IMG/VR virus record: IMGVR_UViG_3300021091_000020
Coordinates: 1 to 64,000 of that record
Origin: a virus
Reading direction: 5' to 3' (one strand)
Length of the DNA stretch: 64,000 nucleotides
Positions 27,305 through 37,472 of the stretch are shown here, one piece after another (positions within the stretch are counted from its first letter, which is position 1; the number at the start of each line of letters is the position of its first letter). The notes beneath the pieces were generated by a model, which saw only the letters and a list, made by a program, of their open reading frames with translations, ran no database searches and had not been told where the DNA came from. A program made the translations under genes and the position numbers.

Positions 27305-27769
27305 TTATTCTTCATCTATAATATCATCCATCCCACCAAAAAGATAATCCAATTCATCATCTTCTTCATCGTGAGAAATAAAATCACGTTGTCCAACTCT
27401 TGTATCTAAATCAACAAATGAATCCAGAAATACATCCTTATCTGGAGATATGTATGACTTTCTTTTCATAAGTGGTTCAACCATTGCTACGAACATTTCC
27501 TTTTCAGCATCGGTTGTTGGTTGAGATAGTTTGTTCTTCAAACGAAATGTATCTTTTGGAGAATACTGTGTAACACGATGTCCGAATACATCTTCTTTCA
27601 TCATGTCCATTATGTATCTCGCTTCTTCTATTTCTTTATACATTTTCTTTCTCTTTTTTCTACCAGCACAATGAGCCTTCTGACTAAATCCCTTTGGTCT
27701 GGAACAATTTATGGACTTCTTATATTTTCTAGACCACTTCTCTAATATGTTTTCTATTTTAGTTTCCAT
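27305..27769 (-). CDS. Conserved phage protein
   Basis: KWS.KYKKSINC..PKGFSQKAHCAGRKK motif recalled from large-phage proteins. Confidence 0.7.
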   Translation of the reverse strand: METKIENILEKWSRKYKKSINCSRPKGFSQKAHCAGRKKRKKMYKEIEEARYIMDMMKEDVFGHRVTQYSPKDTFRLKNKLSQPTTDAEKEMFVAMVEPLMKRKSYISPDKDVFLDSFVDLDTRVGQRDFISHDEEDDELDYLFGGMDDIIDEE

Positions 27770-27780
27770 GATAATAAATA

Positions 27781-28212
27781 TCAAACTCTTTGTATTGCAT
27801 CATAAATTTGTGAAGATATTGGTTGTGGTAGATTATCTTTTGTGAACCAATTAACATCTTCGTGTTCCCAATCTATCTTAACAAAGAAACGTTTTTTGAC
27901 TGTATACAAAAAGAGAAAATACATTCTATTATCTGCAAAGTATCGATCTATACAAACCAATTTAGCATCTGGTGGTATTTGATGTGTTGTTTCCTCAAAG
28001 AACTCTCTACGAGCACAATTTTCCATAGATTCTAAATTATTGACATTTGCTTCGCCGGATGGAACTGACCAATATCCACCGAGATAATGTGCTTTTAATG
28101 TTCTCTTTGTTAAAAGAAATTCACCAGAAGTGGTCATGGTAAGAATACCAGCTGCTCCCGGCTTTATTATTTTTGATAGTTCCTCTGGTGATATATGATT
28201 TATATTAGGCAT
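27781..28212 (-). CDS. NUDIX hydrolase
   Basis: WSVPSG......ESMENCARREFFEET Nudix box. Confidence 0.9.
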   Translation of the reverse strand: MPNINHISPEELSKIIKPGAAGILTMTTSGEFLLTKRTLKAHYLGGYWSVPSGEANVNNLESMENCARREFFEETTHQIPPDAKLVCIDRYFADNRMYFLFLYTVKKRFFVKIDWEHEDVNWFTKDNLPQPISSQIYDAIQRV

Positions 28213-28399
28213 CCGTGTTCAACTCGGTTGGGTATTTACCGTTTTTTATTCTATTGTATACCATAATTAGTTCTACCTCTGACATATCATCAAGGTGTCT
28301 TTTACCCACAACCTGTTGGCACCATGACATGAAGTTTTTATCTCCATCCCAAGATACACCCATCTTATCTGCAATCTTATGTACGTCTTTCGGTATCAT
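28205..28399 (-). CDS. Hypothetical protein
   Basis: Overlaps neighbours; GKRHLDDMS motif. Confidence 0.6.
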   Translation of the reverse strand: MIPKDVHKIADKMGVSWDGDKNFMSWCQQVVGKRHLDDMSEVELIMVYNRIKNGKYPTELNTDA

Positions 28400-28593
28400 T
28401 TATTGTATGGAAACATATCATTTAATTTTTGTTGTCTTTTACTACAACCACAATCCTCTTTACCAGCAGCTTTAGCAACTGCTTCAGCAACCTTGTCCAA
28501 ACCAACAGCGTGTGTAACCTTTGCAATAGTGTCACCAAGGCCTTTTGATTTTTGATTTTCGTTTAGTTGTGTTTGTTCACTCATAGTAACCAC
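28396..28593 (-). CDS. Conserved small phage protein
   Basis: SKGLGDTIAK.T...DCGC..RQ.KLN..FPY. Confidence 0.7.
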   Translation of the reverse strand: MVTMSEQTQLNENQKSKGLGDTIAKVTHAVGLDKVAEAVAKAAGKEDCGCSKRQQKLNDMFPYNK

Positions 28594-28606
28594 CTTTAAA
28601 TTAGTT

Positions 28607-28963
28607 TTACTTTAATGTAATTAAATAACGAAGTTTATTAAATTGTGCTAACATTTCATCACGGATGTTAAGCAAGTCTGTATCAGTCTGTCCGTTAAGA
28701 ACATTATCCAAATTCAAAAGATACGATACGGTTTCGTCTATAAAAGACATAATATCTTTTTCATTTCTATTGTACAGTTTGAATGGCATAGCAGGAACTC
28801 TACCGTATTTCCCCATTAAAACCTCAACAAAATTGTCAATCAAACCATCCATTGCACTATATGTCCCCCCATATGCTTGATGGCGTGCGTATGATTTAGT
28901 CTGCCAATGAAAGAAACGAAGTTGTGTTTGGATAGCAACAAGTGTACTTGCTATTTCATGCAT
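28607..28963 (-). CDS. Ferritin/Dps-like four-helix protein
   Basis: FHWQT.SYARHQA....Y......D.FVE...G, LLNIRDE. Confidence 0.75.
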   Translation of the reverse strand: MHEIASTLVAIQTQLRFFHWQTKSYARHQAYGGTYSAMDGLIDNFVEVLMGKYGRVPAMPFKLYNRNEKDIMSFIDETVSYLLNLDNVLNGQTDTDLLNIRDEMLAQFNKLRYLITLK

Positions 28964-29021
28964 ATCAATCTCCCAAAATTAAAATTTATATTCCATGTAT
29001 AAATATGTAGTTAATTTTGTT

Positions 29022-29858
29022 TTATTCATCCGATACCGCTCTTCCTTTCATATTTTCCCAATTTCTATTTGTTCTTATCCTATCATTGACTTTTATCGCA
29101 CTATCAATCAATAGTGGATAATAACCAAGAGTGGATGCGTAATAAACAAGTGCCTTCATATCTTTTGGAAAACAATGACCACCATATCCTCTGTCACCAT
29201 CTGGACCTGGAACCATCCAGTGACTATTACCAACTCTATCATCGTATTTTACAATATCTACCATTTTATTGTAATCAACATTAGATTTTTTACAAATATC
29301 ATAAATGTTATTGGCAAAAGAAACTTTGGTTGCAAGAAAACAATTTGTAACGTATTTAACCATTTCAGCAGTTTTTCTATCGGTTTTTAATATAGGAATA
29401 CCCTTAAAAGATATATTGAATATTTCTTCAACAATATACAAAACCTCTTCAGATCCACCACCCAAAACTATCCTGTCTTGATTGATGAAATCATCAACTG
29501 CATTCGCTTCTGTTAAAAACTCTGGATTAAATACAATATGCAAATTAGTATATTTTTCAGAAAACTTATCACAAGTTCCAGGAGGAACTGTTGATTTCAA
29601 TATGACTATCTTATTACCATAAGAGTTTAATTCATTCAAAACAATTTCAACTATACTGGTATCACATTCACCTGATTCTCTCATTGGTGTTGGCAAACAA
29701 ATAAACATAATATCTGATTTAGTAAACAGTTCATCCAAATTCTTTACTGTTCTTTTCTTTTCAATAATATCGTATGTTTCTATATTGAAGTATTTTTTAA
29801 GTCCTTCTTTAACAGAATTACCAACGAAACCTTGCCCAACTATACCTATTGTTTTCAT
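29022..29858 (-). CDS. UDP-glucose/GDP-mannose dehydrogenase family (lacks C-terminal domain)
   Basis: GQGFVG, CLPTP, KSTVPPG, NPEFL, GYGGHCFPKD. Confidence 0.9.
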   Translation of the reverse strand: MKTIGIVGQGFVGNSVKEGLKKYFNIETYDIIEKKRTVKNLDELFTKSDIMFICLPTPMRESGECDTSIVEIVLNELNSYGNKIVILKSTVPPGTCDKFSEKYTNLHIVFNPEFLTEANAVDDFINQDRIVLGGGSEEVLYIVEEIFNISFKGIPILKTDRKTAEMVKYVTNCFLATKVSFANNIYDICKKSNVDYNKMVDIVKYDDRVGNSHWMVPGPDGDRGYGGHCFPKDMKALVYYASTLGYYPLLIDSAIKVNDRIRTNRNWENMKGRAVSDE

Positions 29859-29867
29859 AATGCCTCT

Positions 29868-30872
29868 TTAATTATTTTTCCAAAAAGAATATATGCCCTT
29901 ATCCAATTCATAGTTTTCCCAAATGAATTGTTCTCGCATGGGTTGAGTTTTTGCCCACTCCCACATTTGTTTCAAACCTTCGTCAAGAAGTGTCTTGTCT
30001 TGATAATCTAATAGTCTAACGGACTTATCCCATGTTGGATGAGCATATTTTACCTCATGTCTTGGTTCAAGGTAAACGGTATCGTAATATCCAGTAACCG
30101 AAGATAATACTTGATTTGCGAAGTTAATACTTTGTTCATGGGTTCCACCAACGTTTATTATCTGTTTTGATGCTCTGTCATCAACGGCGGCTTTCCAAAG
30201 AGGTTCAAGACAATCATCTATGTAACTAAATGATCGAACTTGATTACCGTCACCATATATGGTCATTGGTTTATTGTTGAGTATTTGATGCATCCATATA
30301 CCCAACACATTTCTATACTTGTCCCAAATGTTTTGTTTGATACCGTAAACATTGTGTGGTCTTATTATGCACCAATCCAATCCATGTTGTTCACCTGCAA
30401 TTTGTATGTCTTGTTCACATGCAAACTTAGCAACACCATACGGATCTATTGGAACTGGTTGATGGTCTTCATCAAATGGTGGCGTTCCATGACCATATAC
30501 TGCCATTGTTGATGTGAACACCAATCTCTTTATATCATGTTTAATACAGTTGTTTACAATGTTGGCAGTTGCTAATAGATTATTCTCGTAGTTGAAACAC
30601 CTAATAAACGGAGACAACCCTTCGGCTGCGTAAGCTGCCATGTGATACACATAAGTTGGTTTGTGTTTATCAAATATATCATCTATACCTTTTCTATCAA
30701 CACAATCTACTTCATAGAAGGTTGCATCCTTATTTACATTTTCGATATAACCACCGGATAGGTTATCCACAATAACAACATTGTATTCTGGTTTATTCTC
30801 TATTATCCAATCTGCAAGTCTTGAACCAATTAGACCTGCACCACCAGTTATCAATATAGTTTCTTTATTCAT
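29868..30872 (-). CDS. NAD-dependent nucleotide-sugar epimerase/dehydratase
   Basis: ITGGAGLIG, YGVAK, RPHNVYG. Start corrected to MNKETIL. Confidence 0.9.
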   Translation of the reverse strand: MNKETILITGGAGLIGSRLADWIIENKPEYNVVIVDNLSGGYIENVNKDATFYEVDCVDRKGIDDIFDKHKPTYVYHMAAYAAEGLSPFIRCFNYENNLLATANIVNNCIKHDIKRLVFTSTMAVYGHGTPPFDEDHQPVPIDPYGVAKFACEQDIQIAGEQHGLDWCIIRPHNVYGIKQNIWDKYRNVLGIWMHQILNNKPMTIYGDGNQVRSFSYIDDCLEPLWKAAVDDRASKQIINVGGTHEQSINFANQVLSSVTGYYDTVYLEPRHEVKYAHPTWDKSVRLLDYQDKTLLDEGLKQMWEWAKTQPMREQFIWENYELDKGIYSFWKNN

Positions 30873-31653
30873 ATCGTATTCCTTTAATTGTATTTCCTTT
30901 GGGTGAATGTGAGTTTTCTTTTGTTCTGAATGGATTGAAACCCCATTTGTATGTGAATGTTTCAGCAGCATCCCGCTCACTTTCCTTGAACCGTTCTCCT
31001 TCTGATCCATTCTTTGTTGCCATACTTCCGAAGTGATAGAAGTTTAGTTTTCTACTTCTTAAAAAGTTACACCCAATCAGTTCCAATTTTAGAAAGAAAT
31101 CCCAATCACAAATGAATGGTGAATTGTATATCGTATCAAAGCCACCAACTGCCATATAGTATTTCTTTTGTATGATGAAAGGAAATATCTCACCATCGTT
31201 TGTTAGTTTATTCTCTCTATGATTTTGTTCTTCATTTGTGTATCGTTTGAAATCAAAATCATCTACACCACCAAAATTAAGAGTAACGAAATTAAATATA
31301 CTTGGAGTTCTTTCAATTTGATTTGGTGTTATGATTAACTTATCTTGAAAATCCTTTTCGAGTACAGTGTCCCAATCTTTCGGAAAAATATTGTCATCAT
31401 TTACAATCAACACCCATTCATTTGTTGAATTATACACACCAAGATTTAGAGCATATTGCATACCAGAGTTTTGTTCCAATGGTATGAAAGAAACTCTGTT
31501 ACTATATTCATCAATGATATGTTGTGTTTCTTCAACGAAACCATCTATCACAACTATTATTTCATTCTCATACTTTTGATTTTCCAATGCAGACTTCAAA
31601 CAAATATCCAAACACTTCGGATTTCTGTATGACGGTATTATTACTGAAATCAT
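30865..31653 (-). CDS. Glycosyltransferase family 2
   Basis: ISVIIPSY, VIDG, VNDD, GGFD. Confidence 0.85.
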   Translation of the reverse strand: MISVIIPSYRNPKCLDICLKSALENQKYENEIIVVIDGFVEETQHIIDEYSNRVSFIPLEQNSGMQYALNLGVYNSTNEWVLIVNDDNIFPKDWDTVLEKDFQDKLIITPNQIERTPSIFNFVTLNFGGVDDFDFKRYTNEEQNHRENKLTNDGEIFPFIIQKKYYMAVGGFDTIYNSPFICDWDFFLKLELIGCNFLRSRKLNFYHFGSMATKNGSEGERFKESERDAAETFTYKWGFNPFRTKENSHSPKGNTIKGIRYE

Positions 31654-32339
31654 ATTTTACTCCAATCTGTTAGTGGTGATAACCAAGCAGTTTCACCATG
31701 AGTTGAATAACCCGGAACCGAAGTTACTAATATACGATTTTTTTCTCTCAATTCCAAGAACATTTTATAGTCGTCTGGATAGTGACCTCTGTTTGTCCAC
31801 TTTCTCAAAACTTCTTCATCTTCTTTTAATACCTTAACAGTAGATGCAAATGTCATCGTTGTGCTGTTGGTTATTTTCCAATGGCATGATTTTGATAAAA
31901 ATAGTTTTGTATATTCGCCACCATCATCATCTATCTGTGGATTTCCACCACGACTTGCTGGGATGTATTTATCCGGATGGTCATACAGACTCAAATACTC
32001 TGCACCCAAATCAATACCTTCAACCAGGATGTTTTCGGAACCTGGTCTATGTAAATAATCATTTTCCAAAAAGTATATTATATCATCTTCATTTTGTTTC
32101 AATGCCCAATCTAGTGCAAGATTGAATGTTCCTGCACCATGACCAATGGAAACCTTTTGAATACCATCAACATATTTCAGTATCGTTTGTTCTGTGGTAT
32201 CTGAAACATTATCCGCAATAATATGAAAGTTATCTCTACCAAATACTTGAACTGCATTTCTTAAACAGTTTTCATTTGTTATGTATTCTGGTTTAACCTT
32301 GTTGTAACCAGCATCTGATATTCTATAAACTATTTTCAT
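31650..32339 (-). CDS. Putative GT-A glycosyltransferase
   Basis: YFLENDYLH (DxD-like motif); cluster context. Confidence 0.65.
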   Translation of the reverse strand: MKIVYRISDAGYNKVKPEYITNENCLRNAVQVFGRDNFHIIADNVSDTTEQTILKYVDGIQKVSIGHGAGTFNLALDWALKQNEDDIIYFLENDYLHRPGSENILVEGIDLGAEYLSLYDHPDKYIPASRGGNPQIDDDGGEYTKLFLSKSCHWKITNSTTMTFASTVKVLKEDEEVLRKWTNRGHYPDDYKMFLELREKNRILVTSVPGYSTHGETAWLSPLTDWSKI

Positions 32340-32354
32340 TTAGTTAATTTTATT

Positions 32355-33320
32355 TTATTTAACATGACTTAATACATATTTAGCGAGTTTAGTTGTAGTT
32401 AGTTCTGATTTTGTATATGATACTAACTTATCAATATAATGTGAATACAAATTGTAAAAGTCATCATCTATTGGTAAATTGTTTATCAAATTTAAATCTC
32501 TATTCATTATCATAGTATTCCTATCATCATATTGAAACTCACCACCCATATTAAATAAATCGTATATGCCTGATTTTTTATAGTATTCAATCAGAATTTC
32601 TTTTGGGTAAGTTGTACAAATAGTTGGTGGACATTTTTCAATATCCAAAAATAAAGGCATACAACCTGTTGAAATGATTTCATAATGGCGAAGACAATCC
32701 CAACCAGATTTTTTCCAAGTAAATCCAAATAAAGAAACTGCATAATCTGTAAAGTATTCGTTTTCATCATTGAATATAAAAGTTTCTGCAACACCAGGAA
32801 TTACATGAGCAACTAACTTTTCTTTTTGTAATACACCGCGAACAATTTTATTATCTGGCTGTGCAAATGATATTGGCTTTATGAATGGATATTTGTAATA
32901 ATCATCTAATAAAAATTCACGTTTGAAATATATTGTGTTTAATATGTATTCACTTGCCAAATCTGTTTCGTCTTGACCATCCAATACAATTATATTATCT
33001 TCATTGTAATAATGGAATACAATATCTTTTAGATCTGAATTTCTTTGTATGTTACCGTAAATAACCGCATCAAAGTATTTGTTTTTTATTTTATTCTCTA
33101 TGTCACTTCTATCAGAATTATTAGGTGGCAATGAAGCGTAATATGTAAACCCTCTACCATGAAATCTATTAACAAGCATATTCTTATCAATATCATCATA
33201 CATATACCACAAAGGATTGTAGTCTACAACTTCAACACCGTCTATATTTAAAAGTCCATGAAAAACTGCATCGGACAGAAAATCATTTTGTGAATTATTT
33301 GCAATAAAAAGTATTTTCAT
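32355..33320 (-). CDS. Putative GT-B glycosyltransferase
   Basis: LDGQD..YFKRE...GWDCLRHYEI..GCMP. Confidence 0.65.
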   Translation of the reverse strand: MKILFIANNSQNDFLSDAVFHGLLNIDGVEVVDYNPLWYMYDDIDKNMLVNRFHGRGFTYYASLPPNNSDRSDIENKIKNKYFDAVIYGNIQRNSDLKDIVFHYYNEDNIIVLDGQDETDLASEYILNTIYFKREFLLDDYYKYPFIKPISFAQPDNKIVRGVLQKEKLVAHVIPGVAETFIFNDENEYFTDYAVSLFGFTWKKSGWDCLRHYEIISTGCMPLFLDIEKCPPTICTTYPKEILIEYYKKSGIYDLFNMGGEFQYDDRNTMIMNRDLNLINNLPIDDDFYNLYSHYIDKLVSYTKSELTTTKLAKYVLSHVK

Positions 33321-33330
33321 TTTAATAAAC

Positions 33331-33948
33331 CTATCGTGTAAACAAAACATCTTTCTGCATTATTTTACCATTAATCACGTGATCATATATTGGTGTATTG
33401 TTTTCAAAACCAATACTATTCATGTAATCAATTACATCATCAATCTTCGGAGAATTTTTATTATATTCTACAACAGAACATTCCATTAAAATATAATCGG
33501 CGAATTGTAGTAAACTCGAACCACCTTTGATAATATCAATTTCAGAACCCTGCGTATCAAGTTTTATGAAATTGAAACGCATATTTGGTAACAAAGTATC
33601 AAGTGTTTTTGCATTTACCATGACTTCAATTACATTATCATCATTGAAGTGTTCGGTCAATTCTCTATAATAAGAATTACCAGTAGAAGTTAAATCATTT
33701 TTATTCATATAGTAACAAACATCACGTTCAATATCAGACAACAATGTTATATCATAGGTTGCAAACTCAATGCCTTTTAGTGATTGTTCACAATTGACAT
33801 TCGCCTCTATCATATGATATTTAGCATTCGGAAACAACTCATACATTGATAAAGTAAATTCGCCAAGATGAGCACCAATATCTAATACACTCTCTACATT
33901 TAATTCGGACAACTTTCTTAAATAAGCAAAATGATTTAACATGATCAA
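33331..33948 (-). CDS. FkbM-family methyltransferase
   Basis: LDIGAHLG, IEAN, TLD, IKLDTQGSE. Confidence 0.9.
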   Translation of the reverse strand: MIMLNHFAYLRKLSELNVESVLDIGAHLGEFTLSMYELFPNAKYHMIEANVNCEQSLKGIEFATYDITLLSDIERDVCYYMNKNDLTSTGNSYYRELTEHFNDDNVIEVMVNAKTLDTLLPNMRFNFIKLDTQGSEIDIIKGGSSLLQFADYILMECSVVEYNKNSPKIDDVIDYMNSIGFENNTPIYDHVINGKIMQKDVLFTR

Positions 33949-34904
33949 CCTAAATAAACATTCTTAAATATATTCATAACATTCTCTGGTGTATATTGAG
34001 TATATGCATTCCAATCATTTTTTGATGAAATTATTTCTTTTGCGTTTAATATCTTTTCAATTAAATCATCATAGTCTGAATATAATACACATTTATCTCC
34101 CAACATTTCAAGGTGAGCACCATCACATAATGCATCAGTACAATATGTTGTTGTAAATACTGGTTTATTTTTAACAGAAAATTCTGCAACCGTCAATCCA
34201 AAACTTTCACCACCATTTCTAGCATGAAGACAGGCATCACAAGTATTTATGAAACCAACTTTTCTTTCCATGTCAGTTGTTGCATCAAGGAATATAATAT
34301 TATCTATTCCTTCACAAAAAGGTTCAGAGTTCATAAATAAAAAGTAAATGTCTTTATATTTTTGAGCAACATCAATTACTGCCTTCTTTGCAAAATCTAT
34401 ATTAAAAGAAGTTGGTCCACCGTAATAACCAAATACAGTTGCGTCCTTTGGTATGTTCAAAAAATCTCGGTAATTCATATTGTGATCGTGTTTTAATATG
34501 TCTATCATGTGTGGAACATATGGCAATTCACCATCACTTGCTTTTTCTGATAACCACTTCGATACATAAGCATATACATCGCCATGTGGTTGTCTATATT
34601 GAAAAACAGAATGAACTACATTCTTTATTCCAGGAACAAGTAATCCGTCATTTGATCCACCCTTAATGTAATATATCAAATCTATTTTATTTTTACCAAC
34701 TATATTATTTACTTCAGAAAAGTTATCATAGAGTATTACTTCAAATTCACGATTGAATTTTTCGTAAGCAGACATATCGGCATTTCTATCTGAAACTATT
34801 ATTGATTTGTTACCAAGAATTTCTCTATTGTAATAGGCATAATCATATAAAGAAATTTCTGTTCCTCTAACACCAAGTTGGTTACTGTGAAATGCTATCT
34901 TCAT
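33945..34904 (-). CDS. GT-B (GT4-like) glycosyltransferase
   Basis: RGTEISLYDYA, HARNGGESFGL..AEF...KPV. Confidence 0.8.
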   Translation of the reverse strand: MKIAFHSNQLGVRGTEISLYDYAYYNREILGNKSIIVSDRNADMSAYEKFNREFEVILYDNFSEVNNIVGKNKIDLIYYIKGGSNDGLLVPGIKNVVHSVFQYRQPHGDVYAYVSKWLSEKASDGELPYVPHMIDILKHDHNMNYRDFLNIPKDATVFGYYGGPTSFNIDFAKKAVIDVAQKYKDIYFLFMNSEPFCEGIDNIIFLDATTDMERKVGFINTCDACLHARNGGESFGLTVAEFSVKNKPVFTTTYCTDALCDGAHLEMLGDKCVLYSDYDDLIEKILNAKEIISSKNDWNAYTQYTPENVMNIFKNVYLG

Positions 34905-35482
34905 AACAAACTAATCTCCACATCATCTGAAAAGAAGATTATTCCTGTTCCAGTTATGTGTCCATAATCTGTTACATCCATTTTATTTTGTTCTACACCA
35001 TACCAAAATATTTCCATTCCTTCATTCAAATGTATATCATCCCAAATAGTAATACCTTTGTAATTATTATCAACTAACCAATCATAACACATTTGTTCAA
35101 ATTCACCAGTATGTGGTGCATCTATGAATATCATTTTTGAGTTTAGGATTTTTTCTTTGTATTCATCATCACCATTAAATTCGCATAACCTAAACGATAA
35201 GTTTTTTATATGAGACAAATCATTTTCTTTTACATCAACAATATCGTATGTAATAACATCATGGTTAGTTGCGGTTGCCAGTGCAACTGCAGATGTTCCA
35301 CAATGTGTTCCTATTTCAATGATAGGTCCATCTATGTTTTTTGCGAAGTATTTTAATAAACGATAATGTTCTTGTCCACTTGGTTTGTCATAGTAATCTT
35401 GATAACAACCTATAACTTTCATATCATCAGACATATCTATATCGTCTAATGTTTCATTGTCTAAATAAATAATTCTTGACAT
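34901..35482 (-). CDS. Class I SAM methyltransferase (Methyltransf_24-like)
   Basis: IEIGTHCGTS, IFIDAPH, IWDDI. Confidence 0.8.
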   Translation of the reverse strand: MSRIIYLDNETLDDIDMSDDMKVIGCYQDYYDKPSGQEHYRLLKYFAKNIDGPIIEIGTHCGTSAVALATATNHDVITYDIVDVKENDLSHIKNLSFRLCEFNGDDEYKEKILNSKMIFIDAPHTGEFEQMCYDWLVDNNYKGITIWDDIHLNEGMEIFWYGVEQNKMDVTDYGHITGTGIIFFSDDVEISLL

Positions 35483-35483
35483 A

Positions 35484-36200
35484 TCACACCTTTCCTTTTA
35501 AAAATAATTTATATTCAGTTTCACTTGGCCACTCATTTGGATTACCGTATAATTTTGTAAACCATTCACTATATTTAGGAACATCTATTCCATTGAAAGC
35601 AGTTTCATATGTATATCCACCCCATTTTTTATCAACATAATTTGCATTAGCAGGTGAAGTCTCTGGTGGTTTAACATCATCGTTATTAGCAATACTGCAA
35701 TTAAATGCATTTGATATTCCTAATGTTTTTACTTCTATACCATTTAATTCACATCTATATTGATAATCATTATCTTCACATCCACCATAAACTATATTCT
35801 CATCAAATCTACCAACCTTTTCAAATGTATCTCTGTGTATTGCAAACGTTGAAAATGTAAAGCCGTTATTAAATGTACCACACAAGGTATTTGGATTGCA
35901 TTCTTTAAGCAGAACATCAAATATTTCTTCCGATATTCTTGCGTCTTCTTGTCCTATTATTATTTTTTCAAATCCATAATATTTAAAACCAATATCGCAT
36001 ATTAAATTCCATCCCCCAGCACATCCAACATTTTGTTTATTGGTGTGGATGATATATGGATTTATTTTATTTGATGATGTCTGTCTACCATTATCTATTA
36101 TTCTTAAATTGGTATTTGTGAACTGATTGAAGTCATACCATTGCTCGAAATAATTTATTGCGTTATATCCCAAAACAAAATAGTTATACATTAAATTCAT
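35484..36200 (-). CDS. GT2-like glycosyltransferase
   Basis: IIDNG, N.GCAGGWN, QED, VGRFDE....EDND. Confidence 0.75.
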   Translation of the reverse strand: MNLMYNYFVLGYNAINYFEQWYDFNQFTNTNLRIIDNGRQTSSNKINPYIIHTNKQNVGCAGGWNLICDIGFKYYGFEKIIIGQEDARISEEIFDVLLKECNPNTLCGTFNNGFTFSTFAIHRDTFEKVGRFDENIVYGGCEDNDYQYRCELNGIEVKTLGISNAFNCSIANNDDVKPPETSPANANYVDKKWGGYTYETAFNGIDVPKYSEWFTKLYGNPNEWPSETEYKLFLKGKV

Positions 36201-37108
36201 TATTCCAATTCCTTAATAATATGTTCAATAACTTCTTCATCGGTTAAAAAAGGATCTAATACAACATGATCTGAGTTTGGAAAGTAATATTTTGGTCCTA
36301 ATTTTGGTTCATCTATTTGTTTCAAAACTCCTTTTGGTCCATAAAGTTGATGGATAAAATCTCCTGTTAGTATTGTTTTTGTACCAACACCTGCAGCTAA
36401 ATTCGCTAAACCACCTTCTGTCCCAACAAATGCATGACACATTTTAATAACTGACGCCTGGAATAATAGTGATAATGGCGATTCATCTTCAATATATTGT
36501 GTTTGATATTGACTAATTTCTTGCTCAAATCCAACAAATATGACATTAAATTTTTCTTCAAGTTTATCAACTATGTATTCAACATTTCGGTGTTTACCAC
36601 CATAGCCACGTAGTGGTATATCCACGGCATTCTCATATTGTTCTGGTGTAAATCTATACGTTTTTTCTTTCCAATTACGCATCACTGCTATAAATTTTTT
36701 ATTAGGATCAAACGGATGTTCTCCGGAACTCATTTGAGCTTCAAAGAAAACATCATAATCAAAATCTGTGTATACTTTATATCCAGAAGATGGATTCCTA
36801 ACTCCAGCAAATTTTTGAAACTCAATAGTTGGTGGTTCTAAAAATGATAATGGTTCCAATTTTACAATCTTGTCATACTTTGATGCGTCTATTTTACTAT
36901 GGGTAGGTGACGCTAACGGTATCTCTGAAACATATACATTATTTACGTATGGATTATTTTTTAAAAGTCTTGCAACTTGTGGAAACCCTATTAAATAATC
37001 AACATTTACAAATTGATTTTCTTGTTTTAACTTTTTAGCAATTGAAGATGCAAAAAGTATATCACCAAAAAATCCATGTGTTACTATTAAACAATTAGTA
37101 TTTATCAT
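36200..37108 (-). CDS. GT9 (heptosyltransferase)-like glycosyltransferase
   Basis: FGDILFASS...LLKNNPYV...FVGTEGGLANLAAGVG. Confidence 0.75.
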   Translation of the reverse strand: MINTNCLIVTHGFFGDILFASSIAKKLKQENQFVNVDYLIGFPQVARLLKNNPYVNNVYVSEIPLASPTHSKIDASKYDKIVKLEPLSFLEPPTIEFQKFAGVRNPSSGYKVYTDFDYDVFFEAQMSSGEHPFDPNKKFIAVMRNWKEKTYRFTPEQYENAVDIPLRGYGGKHRNVEYIVDKLEEKFNVIFVGFEQEISQYQTQYIEDESPLSLLFQASVIKMCHAFVGTEGGLANLAAGVGTKTILTGDFIHQLYGPKGVLKQIDEPKLGPKYYFPNSDHVVLDPFLTDEEVIEHIIKELE

Positions 37109-37472
37109 ACGACTTTTCCTCTACAAAATTTGAATTTGTTTTTTCGTTTATTTCTTTTTTTATAGTAAATCTTAAATCATTTGTAATATACACATTTCTT
37201 GCGTAAAAAACAAATTCTTTATCAAATTGTTTTAATTTTTCTTTACCGCGAATTAAATCTTCTGTTTTCCATAATTCCACATTAATGTCATACAGTTTGT
37301 TAAATAAATCAGCTATGCCATCTATTGATAACAAATTTTTTGATAAACGATTTAATTCTCTGTATTCCTTGAATATATTTACTAGCTTCGTTTCATCTGA
37401 TATGTTTTCCATTTTTATCTTCAATATAGAAAGTTTATCCAGAAGTTCACCATTTGATATTTCTACCATCAT
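37095..37472 (-). CDS. DUF6165-like protein (glycan-cluster associated)
   Basis: EIS.GELLDK.SIL.IK...LW..ED.IR...AR.VY.TND.R...K..IN....S...EEKSY. Confidence 0.75.
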   Translation of the reverse strand: MMVEISNGELLDKLSILKIKMENISDETKLVNIFKEYRELNRLSKNLLSIDGIADLFNKLYDINVELWKTEDLIRGKEKLKQFDKEFVFYARNVYITNDLRFTIKKEINEKTNSNFVEEKSYDKY

